Of a stretch of 64,000 nt of DNA, positions 20,992 to 31,727 are shown piece after piece. The notes beneath the pieces are model-generated. The model was not told the origin of the DNA, did not search any database, and saw only the letters and a list, made by a program, of their open reading frames with translations. Source of the stretch: Candidatus Multivoradales bacterium (lineage in GTDB: Bacteria > Acidobacteriota > Thermoanaerobaculia > Multivoradales > JAHEKO01); the NCBI GenBank assembly GCA_965248055.1, contig CBDFIJ010000004.1, forward strand, positions 1,440,001 to 1,504,000, given 5' to 3'. The translations under genes and the position numbers were made by a program. How positions within the stretch are numbered: the stretch's first letter is position 1; each line of letters begins with the position of its first letter.

Positions 20992-22206
20992 TCAATTGTC
21001 GTCTTCATCTAGGGCATCGACCAAGTAAGGCTCATGCACCGGCAGCAACGGACGCTTCTGCAATTCGCGTAGGTAGGTCCCAAACCAGATTCCGCCTACC
21101 GCCAAAACGGTGGTCAAGTCGAGCCAGTGCAAATGCAACCCGGCAGTCTCAGCACCATGGCCAAACGCCGGAGCAACCTGCCAATAGAAATCCAGCCAAC
21201 GCATTACCAGCAACACGCCCGCCACCATTGCCAAGCGTTTGGCATCCCGTTTTAGGTCGCGCGAAAGCAGCAGGGTAAACGGCAGCGCAAAATGACCCAA
21301 AATCAGCGCGATGGAAATCCACTTCCAACCGCCGTGCATCCGGGCCAGATACCAAGTCACTTCTTCGGGGAGATTGCCGGACCAAACGATGATCAATTGC
21401 GACAACTGGAAGTAGCTCCAGAGCATGACAAACGCCAACAGCAGTTTGCCCAAGTCGTGGAAATGTCGACGACGAAACAGTTGATTCATCGGTGGTCGTT
21501 GGCTTAAGTACAACGACATCGGAATCAAAAAAGCCAGTGCGGCGACCGCGTTGCCGCCGATAAAACTGACCCCAAACATGCTCGAGTACCAAAGCGGATC
21601 CAACGACATGATCCAATCGACGGAGGCCAAGGTCGCGGTCAGGCAGTAGGCGATCAAGCCCGGAGCTGCGGTCGCCTGCATCAAGCGAAACAGCTTGTGG
21701 CTTTGGACTTCATCTTGGCGCTTGGACAACCGATTCAAAGCCCAGACGAAAAAACCCCAGATGGCGAAGTAAGCCAGCGCCCGCAGAGTGAAACCGGTGG
21801 GGTTGAGAAACCAGGTCTTGGCTTGGATCAGGGCGTCGTGCTCCACCACCTCAGGTCGCGACCACGGATACAGTCGTCGCATGCCCAACCAAATAGGAAT
21901 GAATCCCAGCGCCACCCAAGGCAACGTTCGGGTCGCCGCTCCCAAGGTCCGGCGGATCACCACCCCCCATCCACCGCGCGTCAACTGGTGCAGCAATCCC
22001 AAAGAGAAACAGCCGAGAACGATGCTCAGGACAAACAACCAGGCGACCAAATAAGAGCGGAAGAACTGTTCTGGGTTGAGCCACAGACCGAGTACCGATA
22101 ACACCACGCCGACCAGCCCAACCAGCCACGCGCGAGAGGCAAGTGAGGAAAGGCTGCTGGGCGGAGTCAGATCAAGGTCCGCTGGGACGATAAATTCGCG
22201 ACTCAT
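20992..22206 (-). CDS. actF: Alternative complex III subunit ActF
   Basis: NrfD-like polytopic protein; DWIMSLDPLWYSSMFG, HDLGKLLLAFVMLWSY, WSGNLPEE. Confidence 0.9.
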   Translation of the reverse strand: MSREFIVPADLDLTPPSSLSSLASRAWLVGLVGVVLSVLGLWLNPEQFFRSYLVAWLFVLSIVLGCFSLGLLHQLTRGGWGVVIRRTLGAATRTLPWVALGFIPIWLGMRRLYPWSRPEVVEHDALIQAKTWFLNPTGFTLRALAYFAIWGFFVWALNRLSKRQDEVQSHKLFRLMQATAAPGLIAYCLTATLASVDWIMSLDPLWYSSMFGVSFIGGNAVAALAFLIPMSLYLSQRPPMNQLFRRRHFHDLGKLLLAFVMLWSYFQLSQLIIVWSGNLPEEVTWYLARMHGGWKWISIALILGHFALPFTLLLSRDLKRDAKRLAMVAGVLLVMRWLDFYWQVAPAFGHGAETAGLHLHWLDLTTVLAVGGIWFGTYLRELQKRPLLPVHEPYLVDALDEDDN

Positions 22207-22820
22207 TGGTGACCTTCTGTTGCAGTTGACTGAGGCAAGTTGCCTCCCAAGGCAGCCAAATCTTGGGGTGCCAAACGCGCGACCTGAGCATTGCGACTGA
22301 ACTGCAACGCCTGCACGTAGGCGGCAATCGCCCAGCGATCCGCCACCGGAACCTGCGAGGCATAACCCGACATGTCGCCAAACCCGTTTGTCATGACGTC
22401 AAAGTAGTAGCCCGGCTGAGCATTCCGTAAGCGCTCTTGATGCAGAGACTGTGGCGCCTTAAAGCCGCGTTGCACGATCATGCCGTTGCCATCGCCGGTA
22501 CGCCCGTGGCAAGGGGAACAAAAGATGTCAAAACGCTCGCGGCCTCGGTTCAACAGGTCTGCGTCAACCGCGAACGGAATCGAAGTCGCAAAATTGCCCT
22601 CAGAATCGACTCCACGATAGAGGTGGTCGTCCGCGCGCAACTCCCCGCGCGCCACCGTCCCCTCGACCGGCAACCGAGAAGCCATGCCGTCGGCGAAGAA
22701 ATCGCTGACTTCATAAGGCTGCAGCTTGGGCTGGTCATGCATGTCTTGGCGGCAGGCCACCGCATTGGTGCAAACCAGCACTGCAAGTGCAGCTACGCGG
22801 AGGAAGTCTCTATTCCTCAA
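22203..22820 (-). CDS. actE: Alternative complex III monoheme lipoprotein ActE
   Basis: AVAC-RQDMHDQPK, PVEGTVARG, CSPCH, DRWAIAAYVQALQ; TTG start at 22820 assumed. Confidence 0.9.
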   Translation of the reverse strand: MRNRDFLRVAALAVLVCTNAVACRQDMHDQPKLQPYEVSDFFADGMASRLPVEGTVARGELRADDHLYRGVDSEGNFATSIPFAVDADLLNRGRERFDIFCSPCHGRTGDGNGMIVQRGFKAPQSLHQERLRNAQPGYYFDVMTNGFGDMSGYASQVPVADRWAIAAYVQALQFSRNAQVARLAPQDLAALGGNLPQSTATEGHQ

Positions 22821-23379
22821 CTTCGTGAACCTCCGTCGGAGATTGCTCGGCCAAGAAACGGCGAGCATCTTCCAACTGAAACTGTGGATCCACGGTGCCG
22901 ATCATCAAGAAGAAGTGATCACGGGAAGCCGAGGCAAATCGATCGACATTAAACGTCGGGTGGTAGGGCATCGGTAGCCCATTGAGGGCGAACATTCCCA
23001 GCACGGCGGCAAACGCTGCGAACAAGATGGTGGTCTCAAAAGCCGGGACAATAAACGCGATCCAAGATGCCAGCGGGCGTCCACCGATGTTGAGCGGATA
23101 CTCGATCGCAGAACTCCAATACTGAAGACCAAATCCGGCCAGGCAACCGATGATGCCGCCAGCTAAGACGATGCCTGGCAGCTTCGACTTGTGGTGGCCA
23201 ATCGCCTCCCAGACTTCTTCGATCGGATAGGGAGTGTAAGCATCCAGCTTGGTGTAGCCCTTCTTACTCGCTTCACGACAAGCTCGTGTCAGCTTCTTGG
23301 CCGAGTCAAACTCCGCCATCAAACCGTAGAGCGGCTTGCCTTGTCGCGAACGAAACTTGATTTCGCGCACCGAGCTCAT
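22810..23379 (-). CDS. actD: Alternative complex III subunit ActD (DUF3341)
   Basis: [36 protein letters not shown]. Confidence 0.92.
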   Translation of the reverse strand: MSSVREIKFRSRQGKPLYGLMAEFDSAKKLTRACREASKKGYTKLDAYTPYPIEEVWEAIGHHKSKLPGIVLAGGIIGCLAGFGLQYWSSAIEYPLNIGGRPLASWIAFIVPAFETTILFAAFAAVLGMFALNGLPMPYHPTFNVDRFASASRDHFFLMIGTVDPQFQLEDARRFLAEQSPTEVHEVEE

Positions 23380-24746
23380 TCTTCGTCCTCCCGTTCTTGC
23401 GCCTCAGGAAGGATCGTTCGCATTTCGGAGATCGAAATCATCGGCAAGAAGCGGACAAACAGGAACAACAGAGCCAGAAACAGCCCGATGGTTCCCACAT
23501 AGGTCGCCCAATCCCATTTGGTACCGCTAAACATGCCCCAAGACGAGGGTAGAAAATCGCGGTGCAAGCTGGTCACCACGATTACAAAACGTTCCAGCCA
23601 CATACCGACGTTGACGAATATCGCGACGATAAACACCATCCAAGCGGTCTTGCGGATTTTGGAAATCCAGATCATCTGCGGCGCCAGAACGTTGCACAGC
23701 AGCAAGGCCCACCAGTGATATCGATAGGGGCCGCTAATCCGATTGAGCAGCATGAACTCCTCAAACTGATTGCCACTGTAGAAGGCCATAAAGATCTCCA
23801 CCGCGTATCCGTAGGCGACGATCAACCCGCTGGTGAGCATGATCTTCGCCATATTTTGAATGTGGCGATCGGTGATGAAGTCCTTGAGGTTAAACAGCGC
23901 GCGCAATGGAATCGCCAAAGTCAAAACCATGGCGAACCCGGCAAATAGAGCTCCCGCGACAAAGTAGGGCGGGAAAACGGTCGCATGCCAACCAGCCACC
24001 TGACCCACGGCAAAGTCGAAACTAACCACGGTGTGGACCGAAACCACTAGCGGGGTCGCTAGGCCAGCCAACAACAGGTAGGCGACTTCGTAGTTGTGCC
24101 AATGCACCGCAGAACCGCGCCAACCCATGGCGAAGAAGCCGTAGATGATCTTCTTGAACTTACGTCGCGACTGATCGCGCAAGGTCGCCAAGTCGGGGAT
24201 CAGCCCGACGTACCAAAACAAGGCTGAGACCAAGGCATAGGTGGAAACCGCAAACACGTCCCAGATCAAAGGACTACGAAACTGCGGCCACAGCCCCATC
24301 GAGTTGGGGTACGGCAATAGCCAGTAGGCCAACCAGGGTCGGCCGACATGAATCAAAGGAAAGATTCCGGCGCAGGCCACAGCAAACAAGGTCATCGCTT
24401 CGGCGAATCGATTGATCGAAGTACGCCACTCCTGGCGCAACAACAACAGGATCGCTGAAATCAGGGTTCCGGCGTGGCCAATGCCGATCCACCAAACAAA
24501 GTTGATGATCGCAAAGCCCCAACCCACCGGATTGTTCAGACCCCAAATTCCAGTGCCCTCAACCACCAACTTGGTGAGCGCATACAGCAACAACATCACC
24601 AACAAGAACGAGGCGCCGAACGCCGGCCACCACCAACGCGGCATCTTTTCCAACACCACCGTGGCGATGTGATCGGTTACTGAGGCAGAGGTATGCCCCG
24701 GAGCAACTACCGGGGTTTCCGGAATGAAGGTCTGGTGCCGACTCAC
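23376..24746 (-). CDS. actC: Alternative complex III quinol-binding subunit ActC (NrfD family)
   Basis: [52 protein letters not shown]. Confidence 0.95.
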   Translation of the reverse strand: MSRHQTFIPETPVVAPGHTSASVTDHIATVVLEKMPRWWWPAFGASFLLVMLLLYALTKLVVEGTGIWGLNNPVGWGFAIINFVWWIGIGHAGTLISAILLLLRQEWRTSINRFAEAMTLFAVACAGIFPLIHVGRPWLAYWLLPYPNSMGLWPQFRSPLIWDVFAVSTYALVSALFWYVGLIPDLATLRDQSRRKFKKIIYGFFAMGWRGSAVHWHNYEVAYLLLAGLATPLVVSVHTVVSFDFAVGQVAGWHATVFPPYFVAGALFAGFAMVLTLAIPLRALFNLKDFITDRHIQNMAKIMLTSGLIVAYGYAVEIFMAFYSGNQFEEFMLLNRISGPYRYHWWALLLCNVLAPQMIWISKIRKTAWMVFIVAIFVNVGMWLERFVIVVTSLHRDFLPSSWGMFSGTKWDWATYVGTIGLFLALLFLFVRFLPMISISEMRTILPEAQEREDEE

Positions 24747-27700
24747 GAACTTTCGGCCCCCTCAACTGGGTTGGTGACTTTAGCCAGATAAGTAGTTCGC
24801 GGCCTGGTGCCGAGCTCGGCGAGCAGCCCGTAGTCCCGTGAATCCGCTTTGAGCTGTGCGACATCAGATAGCGGGTCGTTGATATCACCAAAGACAATCG
24901 CTTCGCTGGGGCAGACCTGCTGACAGGCGGTCTTGACGTCACCATCTGCCATCTCGCGACCATCCCGCGTCGCTTCGACGCGACCGTGGTTAATCCGCTG
25001 CACGCAGTAGGAGCACTTCTCCATCACCCCGCGAAAGCGCACCGTGACGTCGGGATTGCGCATCAACTTGAGCACCGGCGTGTCAGTGTCGTTGTACTTG
25101 TAATAATTGAAACGTCGGACCTTGTAGGGACAGTTGTTGGCGCAGTAGCGAGTGCCGACACAGCGGTTGTAAACCATGTCGTTCAAGCCTTCATCAGAAT
25201 GCACCGTTGCCGACACCGGACATACCACTTCGCAAGGAGCCTGCTCACAGTGTTGACACATCACCGGTTGGTGATGCATCTCGGGGTGGTCCAGGTCGCC
25301 TTCGTAGTAGCGGTCGATACGCATCCAATGCATCTCACGACCCAAGGAAACCTGCTCCTTGCCGACCACCGGAATGTTGTTCTCGGACTGGCAGGCAACC
25401 ACGCAAGCGTTGCAGCCGGTGCAAGAGTTGAGGTCAATCGACATACCCCAAGCGTGGCCGTTGTACTCCCAATCCGGCATCAAACTCAGGTTCTCGTCGA
25501 TCCCATGGCCAACGTGTTGAGCAAAATCCGGCTGGTGCTGATACTCGGCCAGGGTCGCCCTGCGGACCAGATGCCGTTTCTCGGCGGTGCGTCCCTCCAG
25601 GTTTTCTCCCTGCCACGGACTCGGGTCGATATTGCTGTGCAGTTGGGTGCTCGCCAAAGCGTAATTGCCCTCGGCTTTTGCTAGCTCGGCGGCACCACCG
25701 TTGGGCGCCTCCACAGTTCTCAGGAGGTAGCCGTTGAATCCGCGCTCGGTTCCGACCTTGCCCGCACTCTGACGACCGTAGCCGAGAGTCAGGGTGGCGC
25801 AGTTGTGCGCTTGTCCAGGGTGAATCAAGGCCGCCACTTCCAAGTTTCGGCCGCCAGTAGAAACGGTCACTAGGTCGCCACTTTTTAACCCATGCTCCTC
25901 GGCCAGCCCAGGGCTGATCATCAGTGCGTTGTCCCAGGTCAATTTGCTAATCGGCTTAGGACACTCCTGCAGCCAACCATTGTTGGCCCAGCGACCGTCC
26001 CAGATGGTTGGGTCGGCTCGAAGCGACAGTTCGATGCCTTCAACCGCAGCGGTGTTGGCCGATGCTTGAGACACTGCCGCAGGGTCCACCGCCACTGACT
26101 TTGCCGCGGCTTGGCTATCGGTGACGTATCCATCGTGCAAGGCACGACGCCAAGCCTTGTCGTCCTCGCCAGGCTGGTCGCCATATTGGTCGCCATATTG
26201 GGCCTGCCAGTTGGCTTTCAGCAGTTCTTCGCTGGATCGTTCCCCAGCAGCGGTAAACACCGAGGCGACCTCGCCGGCAGACTTGCCACCGTAGAGCGGC
26301 TCGATCAAGGGTTGCTGCAAAGTCAAGGTACCGTCCAACGACCGGCTATCTCCCCAGCACTCCAGGTAATGCGCTTCTGGAATCACCCATTGGCAATATT
26401 CGGCAGTTTCGTTGCGCTGAGAACCGAGGAAAATCCGCCGGGTAACCCCCAACATGAGAGACCCGAAATCTAGATCGACCGGGGCGTCATAGGCCGGGTT
26501 ACCGCCCAAGACCACCAGCACGTCTACCTCGCCCGCCTTCATCGCATCAGCTAACTCGCGAATCGACGCCAATCCATCGACCGTCGATGCCTCAATCGCA
26601 TCGCTGATCAAAACCGTGTTGCCCAAGTTCCCAAGCACCTCATTAATCGCAGCCGCCAGGATATGAAGATCCGGTGAGGTCGCCGCTCCGGCCAGCACAA
26701 CGGCGTTGCCCGCGTCGGCGCGCAGATTCTCAGCCACTGCCTGGACCACCGGCTCCAGTTCCGAGGTTACTTCTCCCGCAGTCGCTCCGGCTACGCCCAA
26801 CTCTGCGGCCAAAGCCAGCGCAAACATGCCGATTTCCGAAGGCGTGGCCGCATATCGGTGATCGGCAACCGACCCGGTCCCGGTTGGGGTCGACTCCAAC
26901 GCCCACAGGCGGTTCATCTTGACCCCTTCCTTCCTAATACCGCCTGGACTGGCACTGCCTGGACGGCGGCGTGACATGAAATCTTTCGAGGCGCGCACAG
27001 CCCCCGGGCCTTGGGTCAAAAAGTCCGCATCCAGCGCCAGTACTACATCGGCTTTGGCAAAGTCATGGCGAATGCCAACGCTCTCACCAAACACCGCTTG
27101 GGTGGCCACACGTTGGGCGTTTTGCCCCACCGCTTCGTATTGATGCCACTGCGCTTTCGGATGACTCTCCAACACCTCTGCCACAACACCAGCCAAGGTT
27201 GGTGAGGTCACCGTAGGGGTCAAGATGCGCAGTCGGGCGCCACCGAGAGCGTCGAGAGCCACCATCGCGCGCGAGCTCTCGTCGACAAAGGTGCTCCAAC
27301 TGCGGATGCGTCCCAGCTCTTGCACATTGCGTAGACGATCGGGATCGTAAAGGTCGAGGATCGAAGCCTGAGCAAACAGATCAGTTGCGCCCAAGTTGGC
27401 CGGGTGCTCGGGATTTCCCTCGACCTTGGTTGGGCGGCCCATATGGCTCTCGACCAAGAGCCCTTGGGCAAAGCCGTCGGTGGTCATGGCAGTGGCGAAA
27501 TAGAGAGGCTTGCCGGGAACGATCTGCTCCGGCTGCTCGACATACGGGACGATCTTTTCCAGCGGTTGGCGGGTGCATGCCGCCAAACCGCCAAACGCCA
27601 GAGAAGCGCCCATCACCTGCAAGAATCCGCGACGACTAAAACCGTCGCTCCAGTCGATCGCCGACTCGGGAAACTCGCGATCCACCATCTGTTGAAAATC

Positions 27701-27931
27701 ATCGGTGGACGCTAATTCTTCCAAACTGCGCCACAGTTCAGGGCCGCGTTGATCCTTGAGCTGACGCCGCAGATCGCCCACCGAAAGCTGCTTTCTAGGT
27801 GTCACAGTGACTTCAGAGGCAATGACCTCGGGAGCACTGACTTCAACAACAGTGCTCTCAGCAGTGACCTCAGAAGCAGTGCCCTCAACAGGATTGGCCA
27901 CAGGTTTAGCGGTCATGGAATCGGTCGTCAT
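24743..27931 (-). CDS. actB: Alternative complex III subunit ActB (molybdopterin-oxidoreductase-like domain plus Fe-S domain)
   Basis: WRSLEEL, Tat [63 protein letters not shown]. Confidence 0.95.
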   Translation of the reverse strand: MTTDSMTAKPVANPVEGTASEVTAESTVVEVSAPEVIASEVTVTPRKQLSVGDLRRQLKDQRGPELWRSLEELASTDDFQQMVDREFPESAIDWSDGFSRRGFLQVMGASLAFGGLAACTRQPLEKIVPYVEQPEQIVPGKPLYFATAMTTDGFAQGLLVESHMGRPTKVEGNPEHPANLGATDLFAQASILDLYDPDRLRNVQELGRIRSWSTFVDESSRAMVALDALGGARLRILTPTVTSPTLAGVVAEVLESHPKAQWHQYEAVGQNAQRVATQAVFGESVGIRHDFAKADVVLALDADFLTQGPGAVRASKDFMSRRRPGSASPGGIRKEGVKMNRLWALESTPTGTGSVADHRYAATPSEIGMFALALAAELGVAGATAGEVTSELEPVVQAVAENLRADAGNAVVLAGAATSPDLHILAAAINEVLGNLGNTVLISDAIEASTVDGLASIRELADAMKAGEVDVLVVLGGNPAYDAPVDLDFGSLMLGVTRRIFLGSQRNETAEYCQWVIPEAHYLECWGDSRSLDGTLTLQQPLIEPLYGGKSAGEVASVFTAAGERSSEELLKANWQAQYGDQYGDQPGEDDKAWRRALHDGYVTDSQAAAKSVAVDPAAVSQASANTAAVEGIELSLRADPTIWDGRWANNGWLQECPKPISKLTWDNALMISPGLAEEHGLKSGDLVTVSTGGRNLEVAALIHPGQAHNCATLTLGYGRQSAGKVGTERGFNGYLLRTVEAPNGGAAELAKAEGNYALASTQLHSNIDPSPWQGENLEGRTAEKRHLVRRATLAEYQHQPDFAQHVGHGIDENLSLMPDWEYNGHAWGMSIDLNSCTGCNACVVACQSENNIPVVGKEQVSLGREMHWMRIDRYYEGDLDHPEMHHQPVMCQHCEQAPCEVVCPVSATVHSDEGLNDMVYNRCVGTRYCANNCPYKVRRFNYYKYNDTDTPVLKLMRNPDVTVRFRGVMEKCSYCVQRINHGRVEATRDGREMADGDVKTACQQVCPSEAIVFGDINDPLSDVAQLKADSRDYGLLAELGTRPRTTYLAKVTNPVEGAESS

Positions 27932-27937
27932 ACGTCC

Positions 27938-28582
27938 TCACCTGTGGCAGGCGGAGCAGGCCAAACGCGGCGCCACCCCATATTCCTCAATCAATTGACT
28001 CTGCAGATCAGCCCGTTCAGGCCTCCAGGTCATGTCGGTGATCGCCTCCCGTGGGCGCATCGCATCCTCTGGATGACGATGGCAGTCCAAACACCACTTC
28101 ATTTGCAACGTTTGAGTCTGTTTGATCAACGGCATCTCGTCGACCCGCCCGTGGCAAGAGACACAGCCCACCCCTTGGGTGACATGGGCTGAGTGGTCGA
28201 AATAGACATAGTCGGGCAGGTCATGAACCCGGGTCCATTGGAGAGGAAGCCCGGTTGCCATACTCTCCCGCACTGGCTCCAACATCGGACTCTGAGCCCA
28301 AATCTGTTTGTGGCAGTTCATGCAGGTCGCAGTCGATGGAATCCCCGCCGACGCCGCGACTTCAACCGAGGTGTGGCAATAACGACAGTCAATCCCCATC
28401 GCCGCAGTGTGATGGTCATGGGAAAAGGGCACCGGTTGCACCCGGGTTACCCCCTGGCGAGTACTAAACGGCGACTGATCCAGCTCGTAGACCAACCAAC
28501 CAGCAATCGCGGCAAAGAAAATTCCACCAAAAATCGTCACCTTGGCCAAGGTGTTGGTGGAGCGATGAAATACCTGCGCCAT
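27938..28582 (-). CDS. actA: Alternative complex III pentaheme cytochrome c ActA
   Basis: Five CxxCH (CRYCH, CMNCH, CVSCH, CLDCH, CSACH), QPVPFSH, VHDLPDYVYFDH. Confidence 0.95.
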   Translation of the reverse strand: MAQVFHRSTNTLAKVTIFGGIFFAAIAGWLVYELDQSPFSTRQGVTRVQPVPFSHDHHTAAMGIDCRYCHTSVEVAASAGIPSTATCMNCHKQIWAQSPMLEPVRESMATGLPLQWTRVHDLPDYVYFDHSAHVTQGVGCVSCHGRVDEMPLIKQTQTLQMKWCLDCHRHPEDAMRPREAITDMTWRPERADLQSQLIEEYGVAPRLACSACHR

Positions 28583-28674
28583 GAACGTTGACCTGAGCAA
28601 TAAATCAATACAACTTGGCCAGCATTATCTGCCTAACCGCCAAATTCGCACAAGAGTATCGGTTTCTTGAAAGC

Positions 28675-28692
28675 TTGTGAAGAGTTTCACAA
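28675..28692. promoter_or_regulatory. Rex-type operator (also fits the CRP/FNR-family geometry) upstream of actA
   Basis: TTGTGAA-GAGT-TTCACAA, an exact TTGTGAA-N4-TTCACAA match, with the palindrome extended by GC/GC; about 90 bp upstream of actA. Confidence 0.7.
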
Positions 28693-28819
28693 GCGTTTGT
28701 ACTGAGGTCGTGCTCGGGTCGCTGAACGATCTCCAGAATAAGCGTAGTGCGGCCCGTGGTGGAGTGATCGAAATAGCCTCAACAAGCTGTGGCACTTCAC
28801 CTGTCCACTCAGCTCTCCC

Positions 28820-29431
28820 CTATGAAACTCGATTTCGATAAAGAGAAGGATCGACCACCGCCGCCATCGCGTCGACGTCCAGGTTGGCATCCAGAAATGA
28901 GGCAAGACGCTGGGCTTGGTCGAGCGGCTGTGCCAGGACTTCGTGGTAGGTCAGTTCGAGGGATTCAACATGATGATTGTTCTTAATGAAGTAGCGAGTA
29001 CGCCACAGGTCGCTTTCAAATAGGGTGCGCATTTGCTGGTCATCACCGTTGTTTTCTTCCCCGCGACGTTCCAGCATCTTCGCTTGCGACGCCAGAACCT
29101 CATCGATCTCACGCACCATGAATACCACTCGATAGTTGTTGTCGGCTGGTAGGTGGCGCACCAGGTAGGAGATGATCTTGATCGCTTTACCGCGAGCTTC
29201 GCGCAACCAAGACTTGTCGCCGTCTTTGGCAAGGTGCAGCACACGGTCGTCTTCGAAGTAGCCCTTGGGGTTGTCGATATCAGCTTCGCGCGCGCCGTCG
29301 GTCACTACCGGTACGCCTGCCGCATCGAGCATCTTCATCGCCATCGAAGTGCCGGACCTGGGAAGACCCGAAACGATGATGATCGGTTCGCCAAAACGTA
29401 CTTTGCGCAACCAACCGTAGATTCCACGCAC
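28820..29431 (-). CDS. PAPS-dependent sulfotransferase family protein
   Basis: 5'-PSB loop IIVSGLPRSGTSM, DNPKGYFED, VVFMVREIDEVLASQ; GTG start 29431 after AAGAGG. Confidence 0.85.
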   Translation of the reverse strand: MRGIYGWLRKVRFGEPIIIVSGLPRSGTSMAMKMLDAAGVPVVTDGAREADIDNPKGYFEDDRVLHLAKDGDKSWLREARGKAIKIISYLVRHLPADNNYRVVFMVREIDEVLASQAKMLERRGEENNGDDQQMRTLFESDLWRTRYFIKNNHHVESLELTYHEVLAQPLDQAQRLASFLDANLDVDAMAAVVDPSLYRNRVS

Positions 29432-29546
29432 AACTTTGACCCTCTTAGATAGAATACTTTTTCCGGGGCGAGCCGGGCCGAAAATCGGCCTTTTGACCAT
29501 GCCGCACCTAGGAAACCCTAGCACGGCTGATTCTGTTTTCTGCGCA

Positions 29547-31727
29547 ATGTTACTGACCCCCACTAGACGAGCTAATCGTCGCAAACTAACTCATAACTGG
29601 GGTTGGGTGTTGCTGGTTCTGGCTTTTGCATCGACGCCTGCGTCGGCCTACATTGGCCCAGGGGCAGGCTTTGCTTTGGTCACCAGTTTCGCCGTGGTTT
29701 TAGTCGCCTTGGTGGTCGCGATCTTGGCGATTCTCACCTGGCCTTTTCGCATGCTGTGGCGGGCGATCAAGAAACCCAAGCGCGGCAAGTCACGGATCAG
29801 GAGGTTGATTGTGGTCGGCTTGGATGGCCAAGACCCGCGCCTCACCGATCGGTTCATGGCCGAGGGAAAACTGCCTAACTTTCAGAAATTGGCCAAGCAG
29901 GGCAGCTACAGCAAACTGCGAACCACCTTCCCGTCGATCTCACCGGTCGCATGGTCGTCGTTCTCCACCGGCACCCACCCAGCTAAACACAATATCTACG
30001 ACTTTCTCGATCGAGACCGGCGTACTTATTTACCGGTTCTATCCTCCACCGACATCTCCAGCGTGCCGCGTCGCGGAGCGGGCGTGCTGTCCAAAATCAA
30101 GTTGGGCAAATACCGCATCCCTGCGGAGAAACCTCAGATTCGGCTGCTGCGCAAATCGAAGCCATTCTGGTCGATCCTCGGGGACCATTACATTTGGTCT
30201 ACCGTTCTGCGCGTTCCGATCACTTTTCCGCCGGATCATTTCTACGGCGCCCAACTGTCAGCAATGTGCGTTCCAGACTTGTTGGGAACCCAGGGCACGT
30301 TCTTGCTCTTCACATCGCGCCCGTCGGAAGCCAAGTTCAAAGAAGGTGGAATCCGGGTGCCGTTGACCAATGGCCAAGGTCCTGGGGTTTGGCAGGCTGA
30401 TCTCGAAGGACCGGAAAACTCCTACGTCGTCGGCGAGCCTGCGATGACGGTGCCGATGAAATTGGTCGTCGATGCCGATGGAAAGAGTGCGCAACTGACC
30501 TTAGGTAAAGAGACTGCGGACCTCACAGTCGGCGGTGGATTGAGTGACTGGATCAAGGCTGAGTTCAAGGCTGCTCCTGGGATCAAAGTTCCGGCGATTT
30601 GTCGGGTCCAATTGCTCGAGGCCAGTGAACACGTCTCTCTCTACATGACGCCGCTTAACCTGGACCCGGAAAGCCCGGCGATGCCGATCTCGCACCCTTC
30701 CTACTACGCCACCTATCTGGCGAAGAAAGTCGGCCCCTACTCGACCCTGGGATTGGCCGAGGACACTTGGGCGCTCAACGAAGAAGTCACCGACGACGCG
30801 ACCTTCCTGCAACAGACCTATGACATCGACAAAGAACGCCAGGCGATGTTCTTTGCCGGCCTGGAAAAGCAGAAAGAAGGGTCTTTGGTTTGTGTCTTCG
30901 ACGGTACCGACCGCATCCAGCACATGTTTTGGCGCTATCTTGAGGACGGCCATCCCGCCGCGGCAGGTAAAGAGGACGCTGAGCACCGCAATGCCATCGC
31001 TGAGCTCTATGAGTACAACGATGAGCTGGTCGGTCGGGTGATGGCCAAGCTCAAGACGGGCGATCTGCTGATGGTCCTCTCGGATCACGGCTTTGCGTCC
31101 TTCCGGCGTGGGGTCAACTTAAACACCTGGTTGCGAGCCCACGGATATTTGACCCTGAAGGACGGCTGCGACGGCAGCTCTGAGTGGTTGCAGGACGTCG
31201 ATTGGTCGCAAACCAAGGCGTTCTCGTTGGGACTGACCGGGGTGTTTCTCAACGTCAAAGGTCGAGAAGCGCAGGGAATCGTCAACCCCGGCGACGAGGC
31301 GCAGGCTCTGAAGGACGAACTGATCGGCAAGCTCAATGGCCTGCGCGACGACGAGAAGAACGAAGAAGGGATCACTGAGGTGTTTGACACCACCAAGCTC
31401 TACGGTGGCCCCTATCTGCGCAACGCGCCCGATCTATTGATCGGCTACAACCGCGGCTACCGTATTTCTTGGGACTCGGCCTCGGGGATGGTTTCCGGCC
31501 CGGTCTTTGAAGACAACACCAAGGCCTGGAGTGGTGACCACTGCGTTGACCCGAGACAGGTGCCTGGGGTGCTTTTCTGCAACGCCAAGATCGACGACGA
31601 CGACCCCTCCCTGGTAGACATCGCACCCACCGCCTTGGAACTGTTCGGCGTCAAACCGCCACAGCACATGGAGGGCAAAGCGCTGTTTTCTGCGAGCAAT
31701 CCGGTCCTCAGTGGAGACAAGTCATGA
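29547..31727 (+). CDS. Alkaline phosphatase superfamily (type I phosphodiesterase/NPP-like) protein, membrane anchored
   Basis: VGLDG, SISPVAWSSFSTG, TDRIQHMFW, VLSDHGF, WSGDHC; N-terminal ASA-YIGPGAG plus TM helix; start uncertain. Confidence 0.85.
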   Translation: MLLTPTRRANRRKLTHNWGWVLLVLAFASTPASAYIGPGAGFALVTSFAVVLVALVVAILAILTWPFRMLWRAIKKPKRGKSRIRRLIVVGLDGQDPRLTDRFMAEGKLPNFQKLAKQGSYSKLRTTFPSISPVAWSSFSTGTHPAKHNIYDFLDRDRRTYLPVLSSTDISSVPRRGAGVLSKIKLGKYRIPAEKPQIRLLRKSKPFWSILGDHYIWSTVLRVPITFPPDHFYGAQLSAMCVPDLLGTQGTFLLFTSRPSEAKFKEGGIRVPLTNGQGPGVWQADLEGPENSYVVGEPAMTVPMKLVVDADGKSAQLTLGKETADLTVGGGLSDWIKAEFKAAPGIKVPAICRVQLLEASEHVSLYMTPLNLDPESPAMPISHPSYYATYLAKKVGPYSTLGLAEDTWALNEEVTDDATFLQQTYDIDKERQAMFFAGLEKQKEGSLVCVFDGTDRIQHMFWRYLEDGHPAAAGKEDAEHRNAIAELYEYNDELVGRVMAKLKTGDLLMVLSDHGFASFRRGVNLNTWLRAHGYLTLKDGCDGSSEWLQDVDWSQTKAFSLGLTGVFLNVKGREAQGIVNPGDEAQALKDELIGKLNGLRDDEKNEEGITEVFDTTKLYGGPYLRNAPDLLIGYNRGYRISWDSASGMVSGPVFEDNTKAWSGDHCVDPRQVPGVLFCNAKIDDDDPSLVDIAPTALELFGVKPPQHMEGKALFSASNPVLSGDKS

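Noticed and set aside
3231-28591. Numerous long antisense or alternate-frame ORFs over the respiratory genes
   Set aside because: Expected shadow ORFs in high-GC coding DNA; no motifs or independent RBS support
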